64,000 nucleotides of DNA from an uncultured Tissierellia bacterium. Its GTDB lineage: Bacteria > Bacillota > Clostridia > Tissierellales > Peptoniphilaceae. Every line of letters begins with the position of its first letter. Positions within the stretch are counted from its first letter, which is position 1. Positions 40,081-50,389 of the stretch are shown here, piece after piece. The DNA lies in contig CABTWE010000004.1 of assembly GCA_902488465.1 (NCBI GenBank), forward strand, positions 10,654 to 74,653, given 5' to 3'. The notes under the pieces were generated by a model that saw only the letters and a program-made list of their open reading frames with translations, had not been told where the DNA came from and made no database searches. Position numbers and translations under genes: made by a program.

Positions 40081-40156
40081 TTAGTTACAATTGGTTACAA
40101 TGTTAAATATTTAATTGTATTTACTTGTAATGAATTTATAAGAATGTTATTATAAT
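40081..40156 (+). promoter_or_regulatory. Promoter and phased operator array of the peptide ABC operon
   Basis: TTACAA at 40085 and 40095, TTGTAT/TTGTAA at 40115 and 40125; TTGTAA-17-TATTAT with TG. Confidence 0.55.
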
Positions 40157-40200
40157 AGTGACATTTATATTAATATATTCTATAAAATGTGAGGTGTGAG

Positions 40201-41166
40201 ATGAAAAAATATGTATTATCAAAATTTCTAATGGGTTTTGTGACCATATCTTTCTCTTTCATTCTCACATTTTTTTTAATTAGGCTCGCACCGGGCACGC
40301 CTATGAGAATAGTTGCAGGAAAGGAAAATCCAAATCCTGAACAAATCGAACATTTGACTGCAAAGTATGGACTTGATAAACCGGTTGGCGTACAATTTGT
40401 AAATTATATTAAAAATATGACAAAAGGCGATTTCGGTTTTTCATATCGAAACAATTTGTCGGTTCTCGAAGTTATAAAGAAACGCATAGCACCAACGCTT
40501 ATGCTTTCTCTTACGTCGAATATACTTTCGGCAATAATTGGAGGATTTATGGGTCTATATATCGGGAGAAGGAAGAACAGTATACTCGATAAATCCATGA
40601 ATTATATTTCATATATTATGGATGCGATTCCGGGTTTTTGGCTTGCAATGATAATGATTATGATTTTTTCTTCTAAACTCGGTTGGTTTCCAACTTCGGG
40701 AATGTACAATATTAGAGAAAGCTACACGGGCTTCAGGAAGTTCTTAGATTTACTATATCACATGACACTTCCGATTCTTACTATTGTTTTAATTCAAACG
40801 CCGATTTACTTCAGAATTGCAAGAGCATCTGTAATAAACACTATGAATATGGGATTTTTAAAGACGTTCAGAGCAGCGGGGCTAACGGAAGGGGAAATTT
40901 TTAGAAAATATGTTATGAAAAATTCGCTCATTCCTATACTAACCACTTTCAGCATGTCGCTTGCATTCACGATAAGCGGCGCGGCTCTAATTGAAATTGT
41001 GTTCTCGTGGCCGGGAATGGGGCGACTTATAATCGATTCGATAAACGGACGCGACTATATGGTTTTAAACGGACTCTATCTTATGATTTCAATTTCGGTT
41101 ATTGTATTTACAATTTTTACAGATGTTTTATATGCAATTGTTGACCCGAGGATAAGGACGAAGTGA
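40201..41166 (+). CDS. Peptide/nickel ABC transporter permease (OppB/DppB)
   Basis: YGLDKP, GDFGFS, PGFW, IEIVFSWPGMG, YAIVDPRI. Confidence 0.92.
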   Translation: MKKYVLSKFLMGFVTISFSFILTFFLIRLAPGTPMRIVAGKENPNPEQIEHLTAKYGLDKPVGVQFVNYIKNMTKGDFGFSYRNNLSVLEVIKKRIAPTLMLSLTSNILSAIIGGFMGLYIGRRKNSILDKSMNYISYIMDAIPGFWLAMIMIMIFSSKLGWFPTSGMYNIRESYTGFRKFLDLLYHMTLPILTIVLIQTPIYFRIARASVINTMNMGFLKTFRAAGLTEGEIFRKYVMKNSLIPILTTFSMSLAFTISGAALIEIVFSWPGMGRLIIDSINGRDYMVLNGLYLMISISVIVFTIFTDVLYAIVDPRIRTK

Positions 41167-41167
41167 T

Positions 41168-41980
41168 ATGAAAAAGCTATTAAAAAAACCGGAATTTATA
41201 ATCGGAACGACAATGATTTTTATAACGATACTTATGGCGATTTTTGCTCCTTTCATTGCAACGCATGATCCGATGACTTTGACGGACGACCTTTTGACTC
41301 CGCCGGGAAGAGAATATTATTTCGGAACGGACAATCTAGGGCGAGACGTTTTCAGTATGGCGATTTACGGCACGAGGGCATCTCTATATGTCGGAATTAC
41401 CGCCGCAATCATCTCGACATTAATCGGGATAACAATTGGAGCAATCACCGGATACTACGGCGGACATTTTGACAAAGTTGTATCGGAAATTATAAATATA
41501 TTTCTTATGATACCGACATTCTTTTTGATAATTTTGTGCGTGTCGTTTTACGGCTCGGGAATTCGAAATGCGGTCATCGTCATTGCTCTTACAAGTTGGA
41601 TGGGAACTGCACGAATGATGAGAGCGCAAACCATGAGCATAAAGGAGCGCGACTTTATAAATTCGAGCATCTGTATGGGAGAGAGTGACTTCAATATAAT
41701 TTTCAGACACATTCTTCCGCACGGAATTTTTCCCATAGTTGTCAATGCAACGCTTTCGATTTCGTCGGCGATTCTATACGAAGCTTCGCTTTCGTTTTTG
41801 GGTCTTGGCGACAGAACGATAGTGAGTTGGGGGCAACTTATTTACAACGGTCGCGCATATTTGACAAATGCTTGGTGGATTACAACTTTTGCAGGACTCT
41901 TTCTCGTGTTTGTTGTCGTTGGATTTTCAATGATTGCAAATGGAATAAATAAAATGTTGGTGGACGAATCAAATGAATGA
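41168..41980 (+). CDS. Peptide/nickel ABC transporter permease (OppC/DppC)
   Basis: FGTDNLGRD, RHILP, EASLSFLGLG, SWG, AWW. Confidence 0.92.
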   Translation: MKKLLKKPEFIIGTTMIFITILMAIFAPFIATHDPMTLTDDLLTPPGREYYFGTDNLGRDVFSMAIYGTRASLYVGITAAIISTLIGITIGAITGYYGGHFDKVVSEIINIFLMIPTFFLIILCVSFYGSGIRNAVIVIALTSWMGTARMMRAQTMSIKERDFINSSICMGESDFNIIFRHILPHGIFPIVVNATLSISSAILYEASLSFLGLGDRTIVSWGQLIYNGRAYLTNAWWITTFAGLFLVFVVVGFSMIANGINKMLVDESNE

Positions 41981-42944
41981 TATCCTTTTAAAAGTTAGAA
42001 ATTTTAATGTCTATTATAAATCAAGTGAAGGCGACGTTCACGCTGTCCGCGACGTAAATCTTGACTTTATGGAAAACACGTCCTACGGCATTGTGGGCGA
42101 GTCGGGTTCCGGAAAGACCACACTTGTAATGGCGATTTTAAGACTCCTCGGGACAGATGCAAAAGTCACGGGAGACGTGATCTATGAGGGAGTAAATCTA
42201 AATGATTTAAAAGAATCGGAGTTTAGAAAATATAGATGGACTGATTTTTCAATTGTATTTCAACAGGCGATGAATTTTTTAAGTCCGGTTCACAAAATCG
42301 GAAAGCAACTCATTTCGATTTACACGGCGAACGGCCCGACAAAAAATAAAAAAGAAGCGAAAGAACAGATTTTAAAAACTTTTAAAAAAGTAAATTTGAC
42401 GGAAAATGTTTTTAATATGTATCCGCATGAACTCTCGGGCGGCATGATGCAAAGAGTTGCGATTTCATCTGCGATTCTTTTAAATCCGAAATTTCTCGTT
42501 ATGGACGAAGCGACAACTGCACTCGATATAATAACGGAAGGACGAATTTTGGATGAGATAAAGCTTCTTGAAAAAGACAGAGATATGACACGCGTAATGA
42601 TAACGCACGACGTTTCGGTTGTCAGCTCTTCGACAGAGAGGGTTATTGTAATGTATGGCGGACTTATTTTAGAAGAGGGGAAAGTCGGCGAGGTTTTTTT
42701 GAATCCATTGCATCCGTATACGAAGCTTCTTCTTGAGAGTTATCCGAAAATTAATGACGAAGCGAAATATTTGAAATCAATCAAAGGCGGACTTCCGGAT
42801 TTAAAAAGTGAGTATCAAGGTTGCGTTTTTTATGACAGATGTCCATACAGAAAAGAAAGTTGCAGATTGAATACTCCGGCGCTCGTTCGTCACGGCGACA
42901 GAAGTGTTGCATGTTTTTTGGCTGAGGGTGTTTTAGATGAATAA
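41973..42944 (+). CDS. Peptide ABC transporter ATPase (OppD/DppD)
   Basis: GESGSGKT, YPHELSGGM, HPYT, C-terminal Cys oligo_HPY domain. Confidence 0.93.
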   Translation: MNDILLKVRNFNVYYKSSEGDVHAVRDVNLDFMENTSYGIVGESGSGKTTLVMAILRLLGTDAKVTGDVIYEGVNLNDLKESEFRKYRWTDFSIVFQQAMNFLSPVHKIGKQLISIYTANGPTKNKKEAKEQILKTFKKVNLTENVFNMYPHELSGGMMQRVAISSAILLNPKFLVMDEATTALDIITEGRILDEIKLLEKDRDMTRVMITHDVSVVSSSTERVIVMYGGLILEEGKVGEVFLNPLHPYTKLLLESYPKINDEAKYLKSIKGGLPDLKSEYQGCVFYDRCPYRKESCRLNTPALVRHGDRSVACFLAEGVLDE

Positions 42945-43905
42945 TGAAATTATAAAAGTATGCAATTTAAAAAAGCACTATAAGACAAAAGACGGGATGT
43001 TGAAAGCACTTGACGGCGTCGACCTTTCGATAAAAGAAGGGGAGATCGTCGGAGTAATAGGCGAGTCGGGATGCGGAAAATCAACACTTGCAAAGCTCAT
43101 TATCGGGCTTAATACTCCGACTGAAGGCGAGATTTTATACAAAGATAAATCCGTCGAAGAGTGGTTGAGAAAAGATAAACTTAAATTTAGACGCGACCTT
43201 CAAATGATTTTTCAAAATCCGTACGATGTTTTCGACAGCAAAATGAAAATTGAAGAAATTCTTTTGTCCCCACTCAAAATACACAAAATTGGACAAAATA
43301 AAAACGAGAGGCTGGACATTATAAGAGCGGGTCTTTCAAAGGCGGGTTTTAAAAATCCGAACGATTTTCTAAAAAGATATCCGCGCGAACTTTCGGGTGG
43401 ACAGCTTCAAAGAATTTCTATTGTGCGTTCGATGCTATTAAAACCGAATGTAATCATTGCTGACGAACCGGTAAGCATGCTCGACGTTTCAATTCGGGCG
43501 GATATAATTAATATGTTGATAGATATCAGAGACGAGATGAATGTTTCGATGTTTTATATAAGCCACGATATTCCGACGACACAATTTTTAGTTCAAAAAC
43601 TCGTTGTCATGTATCTTGGCAAAATTGTTGAATATGGACCTACGGAAATGGTTATAAATAATCCGTCACATCCATACACAAAGGCTCTTATTTCGCATGT
43701 CGGCTCGATTGACCCGACACATAAAATTGATAGAATAAAACTTAAAGGGGAAGTGCCTAAACCGATTGGCACGGGACCGGGTTGCTATTTCGAATCCAGA
43801 TGCTACTGTTCACTTGAGAAATGCAGGAGAGAATATCCGGAATTTATCGAAATAGAAAAAGATCACTATATAAGCTGTTTCAATCCTGAAAACAGATATA
43901 TATAA
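42937..43905 (+). CDS. Peptide ABC transporter ATPase (OppF/DppF)
   Basis: GESGCGKS, YPRELSGGQ, DEPVSMLD, HPYT, GCYF..RC. Confidence 0.93.
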   Translation: MNNEIIKVCNLKKHYKTKDGMLKALDGVDLSIKEGEIVGVIGESGCGKSTLAKLIIGLNTPTEGEILYKDKSVEEWLRKDKLKFRRDLQMIFQNPYDVFDSKMKIEEILLSPLKIHKIGQNKNERLDIIRAGLSKAGFKNPNDFLKRYPRELSGGQLQRISIVRSMLLKPNVIIADEPVSMLDVSIRADIINMLIDIRDEMNVSMFYISHDIPTTQFLVQKLVVMYLGKIVEYGPTEMVINNPSHPYTKALISHVGSIDPTHKIDRIKLKGEVPKPIGTGPGCYFESRCYCSLEKCRREYPEFIEIEKDHYISCFNPENRYI

Positions 43906-43927
43906 TTTAAATTTCAAGGAGGATTTT

Positions 43928-45601
43928 ATGAGATTTAACAAATTTTTAGCAGTTCTTTTATCTCTAATCATGGTTGCAACATTTGCAATCGGCTGTAAAA
44001 AACCGGCTGAAGAAAACAAAAATGATGCACCTAAAACAACAGAAGATACAACAGAACAAAACACAGACGATTCAAAAGATGACACAGATGCTGCAAAGGA
44101 CGAAAAACCTGCAGACGGTATTCAAGAAGGCGGTACTTTCGTTATAAGTATGGCAAGAGAACCGGGTCAATATAACCCGTGTGCAACAGCTGACGACGCT
44201 GCATACCAAATCATCCAAAACGTATTTAATAAATTGCTTAAAATCAACGGAAACAATGAAATTATCCCTGATTTGGCTGAGAGTTATGAATACAAAGACG
44301 ATGGAAAAACTTTGATTTTCCACTTACGTGAAAATGTAAAATGGCACGACGGCGTTGATTTCTCAGCAGACGACGTAAAATGGACATTTGACAAAATTAT
44401 GAGCGAAAAAGGTTTTGCTTCAAACTCATTGTCAGATGTTAAAGAAGTAAACGTAATAGACAACAACACTGTTGAATTCAAACTCGAAGAACCGAATGCA
44501 GGTCTACTTGGATATATTGCATGGGTTGGAACATATATCATGCCGAAACACATCTACGACGGCACAGATTGGCTCGAAAATCCTGCAAACCAATCGCCGA
44601 TTGGAACAGGACCGTTCAAATTCGTTGAACAAGTTGAAGGCGAATCTGTAACACTTGAAAAGAACCCTGATTTCTTCGGCAAGGGACCTTATGTAGACAA
44701 ACTCGTTTACAGAATTATTCCTGATGGAAACACACAATACCAAGCTTGGTTAAACAATGAAACTGACCACTCAATGGCAGGTGCACCGGCTGAAGAACTT
44801 CCTAAACTAGAACAAGATGAAAAATTCAGACTTGTTCCAAAGACATGGCCGAACAAATCATATATCTGCTTCAATATGAAAAGCGGAAAATTCACTGACC
44901 CTAAACTCAGAGAAGCTATTCTTTACGGAATCGACAGAGAAGACATCTTCAAGAAAGTTTACAAATCCCAAGGTGCAATTTCAAACTATTTCATTCCACC
45001 TGAATACAAATGGGCATTAAACGAAGACGTAAAGAGCCCGGACAGAGATGTTGAAAAGGCTATGAAGCTCATCGAAGAAGCAGGCTACACAAAAGATGCA
45101 GACGGATACTACTTCGAAACAACAATCGACACATTCCCGGGATGGGACGACTTCTGTGTTGTGCTTGCCGACCAATTGAAAGAAATCGGAATCAAACTTA
45201 CACACAATGGAATGGACGACCCGACATACGACGAAAAAGTCCTCGAAAAGAAAGACTTTGAACTCACAGTATTGGGCGGATACCAAGGACCGGACATCGC
45301 TTCTATGGGTTCAAGATTCCAAACAGGCGGACCGATGAACTATGGTAACTATTCAAGCGAAGAAATGGATAAAGAATTAAATGCAGGAAACACTGCAACA
45401 ACTTTGGAAGACAGAGCTGTTCACTACAAGAGAGTTCAAGAAATCCTTAGAGAAGACCTTCCGGTCGTATTTTTCTGGGACAGAGGAACTCAATATCCAA
45501 TCAAAAACTACGTCAAAGGCTCACCTGCTGATGAAGCAAGAGAAGAAGTTTCAGAATCTGAATTTTCACAAGTTTGGATTGACGAAAGCTTGAAAAAATA
45601 A
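43928..45601 (+). CDS. Family 5 ABC substrate-binding lipoprotein (OppA/DppA-like)
   Basis: Lipobox AIGC, acidic linker, PDLAES, VKWHDG, PIGTGPF. Confidence 0.93.
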   Translation: MRFNKFLAVLLSLIMVATFAIGCKKPAEENKNDAPKTTEDTTEQNTDDSKDDTDAAKDEKPADGIQEGGTFVISMAREPGQYNPCATADDAAYQIIQNVFNKLLKINGNNEIIPDLAESYEYKDDGKTLIFHLRENVKWHDGVDFSADDVKWTFDKIMSEKGFASNSLSDVKEVNVIDNNTVEFKLEEPNAGLLGYIAWVGTYIMPKHIYDGTDWLENPANQSPIGTGPFKFVEQVEGESVTLEKNPDFFGKGPYVDKLVYRIIPDGNTQYQAWLNNETDHSMAGAPAEELPKLEQDEKFRLVPKTWPNKSYICFNMKSGKFTDPKLREAILYGIDREDIFKKVYKSQGAISNYFIPPEYKWALNEDVKSPDRDVEKAMKLIEEAGYTKDADGYYFETTIDTFPGWDDFCVVLADQLKEIGIKLTHNGMDDPTYDEKVLEKKDFELTVLGGYQGPDIASMGSRFQTGGPMNYGNYSSEEMDKELNAGNTATTLEDRAVHYKRVQEILREDLPVVFFWDRGTQYPIKNYVKGSPADEAREEVSESEFSQVWIDESLKK

Positions 45602-45609
45602 TTTAATTT

Positions 45610-45644
45610 AAGGACATGAGAGTTTCCGCTCTTGTGTCTTTTTT
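45610..45644 (+). terminator. Intrinsic terminator
   Basis: AAGGACATGAGAG/CTCTTGTGTCTTT followed by a T tract. Confidence 0.75.
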
Positions 45645-45701
45645 ATTGCGGAAATTTTTATGATATAATAAATATACTATAAAAAATTAGCGAGGAATTT
45701 T

Positions 45702-46349
45702 ATGAGAAAGATTTTAATAGTTGAAGATGAGAAGGATATTTTAAAAAAACTTTCAATGTTTTTGAGCGAACACAATTTTAATATTATCGTGGCATCATCA
45801 ATTGATGAAGTTTATGAAAAAACTGATGCTTCAATCGATCTTGCGCTACTTGATATAAATCTTCCCGATGGAAAGGGAGATGAATTAATTAAGTATTTTA
45901 AAGAACGGGATATTAGAATTATAATTACTACTGTAAAAAATGATTCAAATTATATTGCGAAAGCTCTTGATAATGGGGTTGATGATTATATAACAAAACC
46001 GTTCGATTTAAATGTTTTGCGGGCGAGAGTTGACGCAACTTTAAGAACTGTTTGTGTTAGCGATGAGAATATTATTTTTAAAGATTTAAAAATAAATATG
46101 GATGAAGGGACAGTTTATTATAAAAACAGTCCAGTGAATTTGACTGCTCTTGAATATGGCGTGATTTCGCTTTTTATAAAAAATCCGAACAGAATATTTA
46201 CACGAGAGCATCTTCTTCAGATTTTTTGGGAAGACAATGAGCAGTTTGTAAACGACAACACATTGACGACGACAATAAAGCGAATTCGAGATAAAACTTC
46301 GAAAGATCTTATTACAACTATTCGAGGAATTGGATACAGGATGGAATAA
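45702..46349 (+). CDS. OmpR-family response regulator
   Basis: IVEDE, LDINLPDG, DDYITKPF, winged helix ending TIRGIGY; TGATATAAT promoter at 45661. Confidence 0.95.
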   Translation: MRKILIVEDEKDILKKLSMFLSEHNFNIIVASSIDEVYEKTDASIDLALLDINLPDGKGDELIKYFKERDIRIIITTVKNDSNYIAKALDNGVDDYITKPFDLNVLRARVDATLRTVCVSDENIIFKDLKINMDEGTVYYKNSPVNLTALEYGVISLFIKNPNRIFTREHLLQIFWEDNEQFVNDNTLTTTIKRIRDKTSKDLITTIRGIGYRME

Positions 46350-46350
46350 T

Positions 46351-47187
46351 ATGATTTATTTTTTAATACCGATTTCAATAGTTATTTGCTATTTTTTTAT
46401 GAAAAAGCGAGAAAATAAAAGAATTGAAGAAATGGTTTTGATGATTGAAAGTTTCAACAATGGAGAATATTATGCTCCGATGAAGCAAGATAATTTCTCG
46501 ATTTTGGAAGACAGTATTTACAAGTTGTTTTTGAAAAATGTCGAGGAGCGGGAAAATATAAAACGTTTATCTAAAAGTCAAGTTGAAAATTTCGAGAATA
46601 TTGCACATCAAATAAAAACGCCGATAACATCAATGCTTATTGATTTGGAATTTATAAAAAAAGATGGTGTCAATGTTTCAAGTATTTCCGATGGTCTTAA
46701 AAGACTAAATTTACTTTCGGATATACTTCTAAAACTCTCGAGTCTCGATGCAAATTTGACAGAGATGAAGAAAGAAAAACTTAATATTGCCGAGATATTT
46801 CAATATGCGTTTGATATTTTGAACTTATCGGATGACAGTATGAAAATAACAGAACGTTATAATTGCAAGTCGTTTACCGGCGATTTTTATTGGATTAGTG
46901 AAGCTGTGATAAATATTTTAAAAAATGCTTCCGAAAAATCGTCGGAGATTATAATTTCAAGCTCCGAAAATCCGATTTATGTTGAGATTTGTATTGAAGA
47001 TGACGGAGGGGGAATAGATAATACGGAATTTAAGAAGATTTTTAGACGTTTTTATAAATCACCTGATTCAAACGGTTTCGGAATCGGACTTAACATGGCG
47101 AAGACAATTGTCGAAAAAAACAACGGCACAATTTCTGTAAAGAATGGAGAAAAAGGTGCGATTTTTTCGATGAAATTTTATAAATGA
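46351..47187 (+). CDS. Short sensor histidine kinase with one TM and no extracellular domain
   Basis: H box AHQIKTP, N box NILKNA, DDGGGI, GFGIGL. Confidence 0.92.
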   Translation: MIYFLIPISIVICYFFMKKRENKRIEEMVLMIESFNNGEYYAPMKQDNFSILEDSIYKLFLKNVEERENIKRLSKSQVENFENIAHQIKTPITSMLIDLEFIKKDGVNVSSISDGLKRLNLLSDILLKLSSLDANLTEMKKEKLNIAEIFQYAFDILNLSDDSMKITERYNCKSFTGDFYWISEAVINILKNASEKSSEIIISSSENPIYVEICIEDDGGGIDNTEFKKIFRRFYKSPDSNGFGIGLNMAKTIVEKNNGTISVKNGEKGAIFSMKFYK

Positions 47188-47189
47188 TT

Positions 47190-47228
47190 TTCACTTGTCA
47201 CAGAAAAGTCACTTTCATTATGTAAGAT
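47190..47228 (+). promoter_or_regulatory. OmpR-type direct repeat GTCAC-N6-GTCAC plus -10 TAAGAT
   Basis: GTCAC at 47197 and 47208 (11-bp period) occupying the -35 position. Confidence 0.6.
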
Positions 47229-47251
47229 TGGGTTAGTGAAAGGAGAATTCT

Positions 47252-47932
47252 ATGGAAATATTAAAAATAGAAAATTTAAAAAAGATGTATGGCAAAGGGG
47301 AAAATCTTGTAAATGCTGTAGATGATGTTAGTTTTTCAATCGAAAGAGGGGAGTTCGTTGCAGTTGTTGGACCGAGTGGTTCCGGTAAGTCGACTCTCCT
47401 ACATTTAATTGGAGGGGTGGATCGTCCAAACGACGGAAAGATTTATATTGAAGGAACTGACATTTCCAATTACAACTCAAAGGAGCTTGCACTATTCCGA
47501 AGGAGAAAGGTCGGTATCGTTTATCAGTTTTACAATCTAATTCCAAATTTGACTGTGAAACACAATATTGAGTTGCCACTTACGCTTGACGGAAGGCGAG
47601 TGAATGAGAAGCTTTTCGATGACATTGTGAACAAACTTGGAATTTCAAAAAAGCTAAACAACTTTCCAAGCGAACTTTCGGGTGGTCAAAATCAAAGGGT
47701 TGCAATTGCAAGAAGTTTGATTTATGAACCTTCGCTTTTACTATTGGATGAACCAACGGGAAATCTTGATCGCAAAAACTCAAATGAAATAATTGAAATT
47801 CTTAAATATTTTAATCACACTTCGAATCAAACAATAATTCTTGTTACACACGACGAAAGTGTGGCACTTGAATCTGATAGAATCATAACTATTGTTGACG
47901 GGAAAATAGCAGGAGATGAGATTAATGAATAA
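47252..47932 (+). CDS. ABC transporter ATPase (LolD/MacB-like)
   Basis: GPSGSGKS, YQFYNL, LSGGQ, DEPTGNLD, VTHD. Confidence 0.95.
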   Translation: MEILKIENLKKMYGKGENLVNAVDDVSFSIERGEFVAVVGPSGSGKSTLLHLIGGVDRPNDGKIYIEGTDISNYNSKELALFRRRKVGIVYQFYNLIPNLTVKHNIELPLTLDGRRVNEKLFDDIVNKLGISKKLNNFPSELSGGQNQRVAIARSLIYEPSLLLLDEPTGNLDRKNSNEIIEILKYFNHTSNQTIILVTHDESVALESDRIITIVDGKIAGDEINE

Positions 47933-50360
47933 AAAAATTTTCCCGATTTTTATATCTCTACTTATAATGAGCGTGTTCATAACATTTATATTTTATCAAG
48001 GATATTCAAATATAAATTCCAACAAAAAATTAGTGCTTTCAGATAACTACTATCATGCCGAAATTGGAGAAAAGCTCACGCCGGATGAAATAAAAAAATT
48101 GAACAATGTAGAAAATGTGGTTTTAGCAGGTGGGGTGCTCCCGGAAAATACTTCAGCGTTAATTAATGACTCAAGGATTGCAATTTCTTACGAAGATCAA
48201 GACGCGATAAATATGCATGAATTTTCATATTTATTGGATGGAGAGTTTCCGAAAAATACGAATGAAATTTTGCTTTCAAAAGATGTGTGCGAAAAAAACG
48301 ATTTAAAAATAGGTTGTAATGTCGAAATAAGTTTTGGAAAAAGAATTATAAACGGAGAAGAAATAAATCCGATAGACTCAGTTATAAAAAATGAAACTTT
48401 TAAAACCGAGTTTACGAAAAGTTTAAAACTTGTCGGCATATATGAGAATCAATATAATAAAAATTCAAAAATCGCCTATGGACTTATGATGCCGGATGTA
48501 AATATGAGTCTTGTGCCGGTTTTAAAATTCAAGGATTTTGTGCATGCATATAAGAACAGTCAATCAATTGAGTCAAATATAGATGAACTATTGGGTCGAA
48601 CAGAGAGTGTAAAGTTTAACCAATCACTTGTGCATTATTACAGCGCGGACAGAGATTTCACAACAAAAATCGCATCAAAAATTGTAACAATATTCATTAT
48701 TTTAGTAACAATAATTTTGTTTGTATTTTTTATAAGAAATCTTTTCAAGGTTTGGGCAATCAAAAAAATAAAAGAACTCTCTGTCTATAAGTCAATTGGC
48801 TCGACGGATTTTCAAATCTATAAAATGCTTTCGAAGGAAGCGGTTTTTATATCTATAATTCCGATATTAATCGGACATATTATAGGTTTTATTGGAATTT
48901 TCTTTTTGTTTAAATATATACGCGGAGTTGATGCACCTTCAATATTTATAAAGGTGGAATTTAACGCAGTTTTGAGTGTTGTTATTCTTGCGATTTCATT
49001 TACAGTGGTTCTGCTTTCGATAATTTCTCCTGCACGGAAAGTGTCCAAAATCAATATAATCGACGGCATAAAAGGAAATATAGATTACAAAGAATCTAAA
49101 AAGAGAAGAAGCGAAAACATTTGGTCGGAGCTAAGTAAAAATAATAGGGCAAATTTAAAATCGCAAAGATATATTTCCTCAATCGGGATTATAATAATTT
49201 CATTTTTCATTGTTGCATTATCAATCAACTCATATTTTAATGATTACTACTTTTACGATGACGGTTACAATATTTTGGTACAATATTATAGTCGGAAAAA
49301 TCAAATTCCAACCGTTTTTGAAAAAATCATTAATGGAGTTCAAAATGATAAAAGTTATATTTCGAAAAAGAAATACGTCTCGGTGAAATATGATTTTGAT
49401 TTATCGGATGAGGCTATCTCAAATAATGTTGATAAAAATCTCAAAAGATATCTGAAATCTAAAGAAAAAGAATCGCTCGACGGATATGTAATTGCGCTTG
49501 ATGACGATGCATTTAAAAAGTTGGGCGGAGAGAAGGGTAAAATTTTACTCTTTAACAATGTGCAGACGGATATGTATGAGCCGAATTACAAGGCAAAAAT
49601 GGTTTCGTATATAGATGAGCCGGATGAACTTTCAATAAAACTTTATAATGGCGAGGAGAAGAAAATTCATATTGACGGTATTATAAGTGACAGAAAAGAC
49701 TTTGAAACATATTTTAGACCTTATGTAATTTTAATATATACGGATTTTGAGGAATATTTTAAACTGTTTGGCGAAAAAAGTGAGCCGAGGTATGAAGGTT
49801 CGTCGTTTGTGCTGAGGCTACACACAAACGATTTGAATTCTAAAAAACTCGAATCATTTATCTCGGAGTCAATTGATGAAAACTTGTCGAAAGGCGAGAG
49901 CTATGATTATGAAATCGGAATGGAAATTCAGGAAAAGCAGGAAAAGTCTTCGCAATTGTTTAAACTTATTGTGCTTGTAATCTCAGCGATAATAATCATT
50001 TTAAATATAACAAATGCATATTCGTCAATCAACCTCAGCCTTATGAGTAGAGAGAGGGAGATAGGTTGTCTTTATTCGTGCGGAATGGATAAGAAAATGA
50101 TTCACACGCTATTAAGAAAGGAATTTATTGTGGAGGAGATAAAATCGTTTGTAATTGCAGTTGTTACAACGTTTGCGTTTATGTTTATTTTGTCAGCACT
50201 CTCGGATGAATTTAATTTCAAAATTTTACTCAAAGAATTTGGTTATTTAGAATTCTTAATCTCGTCAGTGCTCGTTTATGTAATAAATATTTTTATTTAT
50301 AATATAACTCTTCGAAAAATTCTACAAAAACCGATTATAGAAATTATAAAAGAAGATTAA
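47925..50360 (+). CDS. FtsX/MacB-family ABC permease with two FtsX repeats
   Basis: Two TM bundles with KELSVYKSIG and REIGCLYSCGM motifs and large extracellular loops. Confidence 0.85.
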   Translation: MNKKIFPIFISLLIMSVFITFIFYQGYSNINSNKKLVLSDNYYHAEIGEKLTPDEIKKLNNVENVVLAGGVLPENTSALINDSRIAISYEDQDAINMHEFSYLLDGEFPKNTNEILLSKDVCEKNDLKIGCNVEISFGKRIINGEEINPIDSVIKNETFKTEFTKSLKLVGIYENQYNKNSKIAYGLMMPDVNMSLVPVLKFKDFVHAYKNSQSIESNIDELLGRTESVKFNQSLVHYYSADRDFTTKIASKIVTIFIILVTIILFVFFIRNLFKVWAIKKIKELSVYKSIGSTDFQIYKMLSKEAVFISIIPILIGHIIGFIGIFFLFKYIRGVDAPSIFIKVEFNAVLSVVILAISFTVVLLSIISPARKVSKINIIDGIKGNIDYKESKKRRSENIWSELSKNNRANLKSQRYISSIGIIIISFFIVALSINSYFNDYYFYDDGYNILVQYYSRKNQIPTVFEKIINGVQNDKSYISKKKYVSVKYDFDLSDEAISNNVDKNLKRYLKSKEKESLDGYVIALDDDAFKKLGGEKGKILLFNNVQTDMYEPNYKAKMVSYIDEPDELSIKLYNGEEKKIHIDGIISDRKDFETYFRPYVILIYTDFEEYFKLFGEKSEPRYEGSSFVLRLHTNDLNSKKLESFISESIDENLSKGESYDYEIGMEIQEKQEKSSQLFKLIVLVISAIIIILNITNAYSSINLSLMSREREIGCLYSCGMDKKMIHTLLRKEFIVEEIKSFVIAVVTTFAFMFILSALSDEFNFKILLKEFGYLEFLISSVLVYVINIFIYNITLRKILQKPIIEIIKED

Positions 50361-50389
50361 AAAAAGCCCGATTTTATCAGGCTTCGTTT
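50359..50389. terminator. Terminator between convergent permease and tmcAL
   Basis: On the minus strand AAGCCTGAT/ATCGGGCTT followed by a T tract. Confidence 0.75.

Noticed and set aside
40032..50389. Mobile element or att sites around the accessory block
   Set aside because: No integrase or transposase, and no flanking direct repeats that I could see
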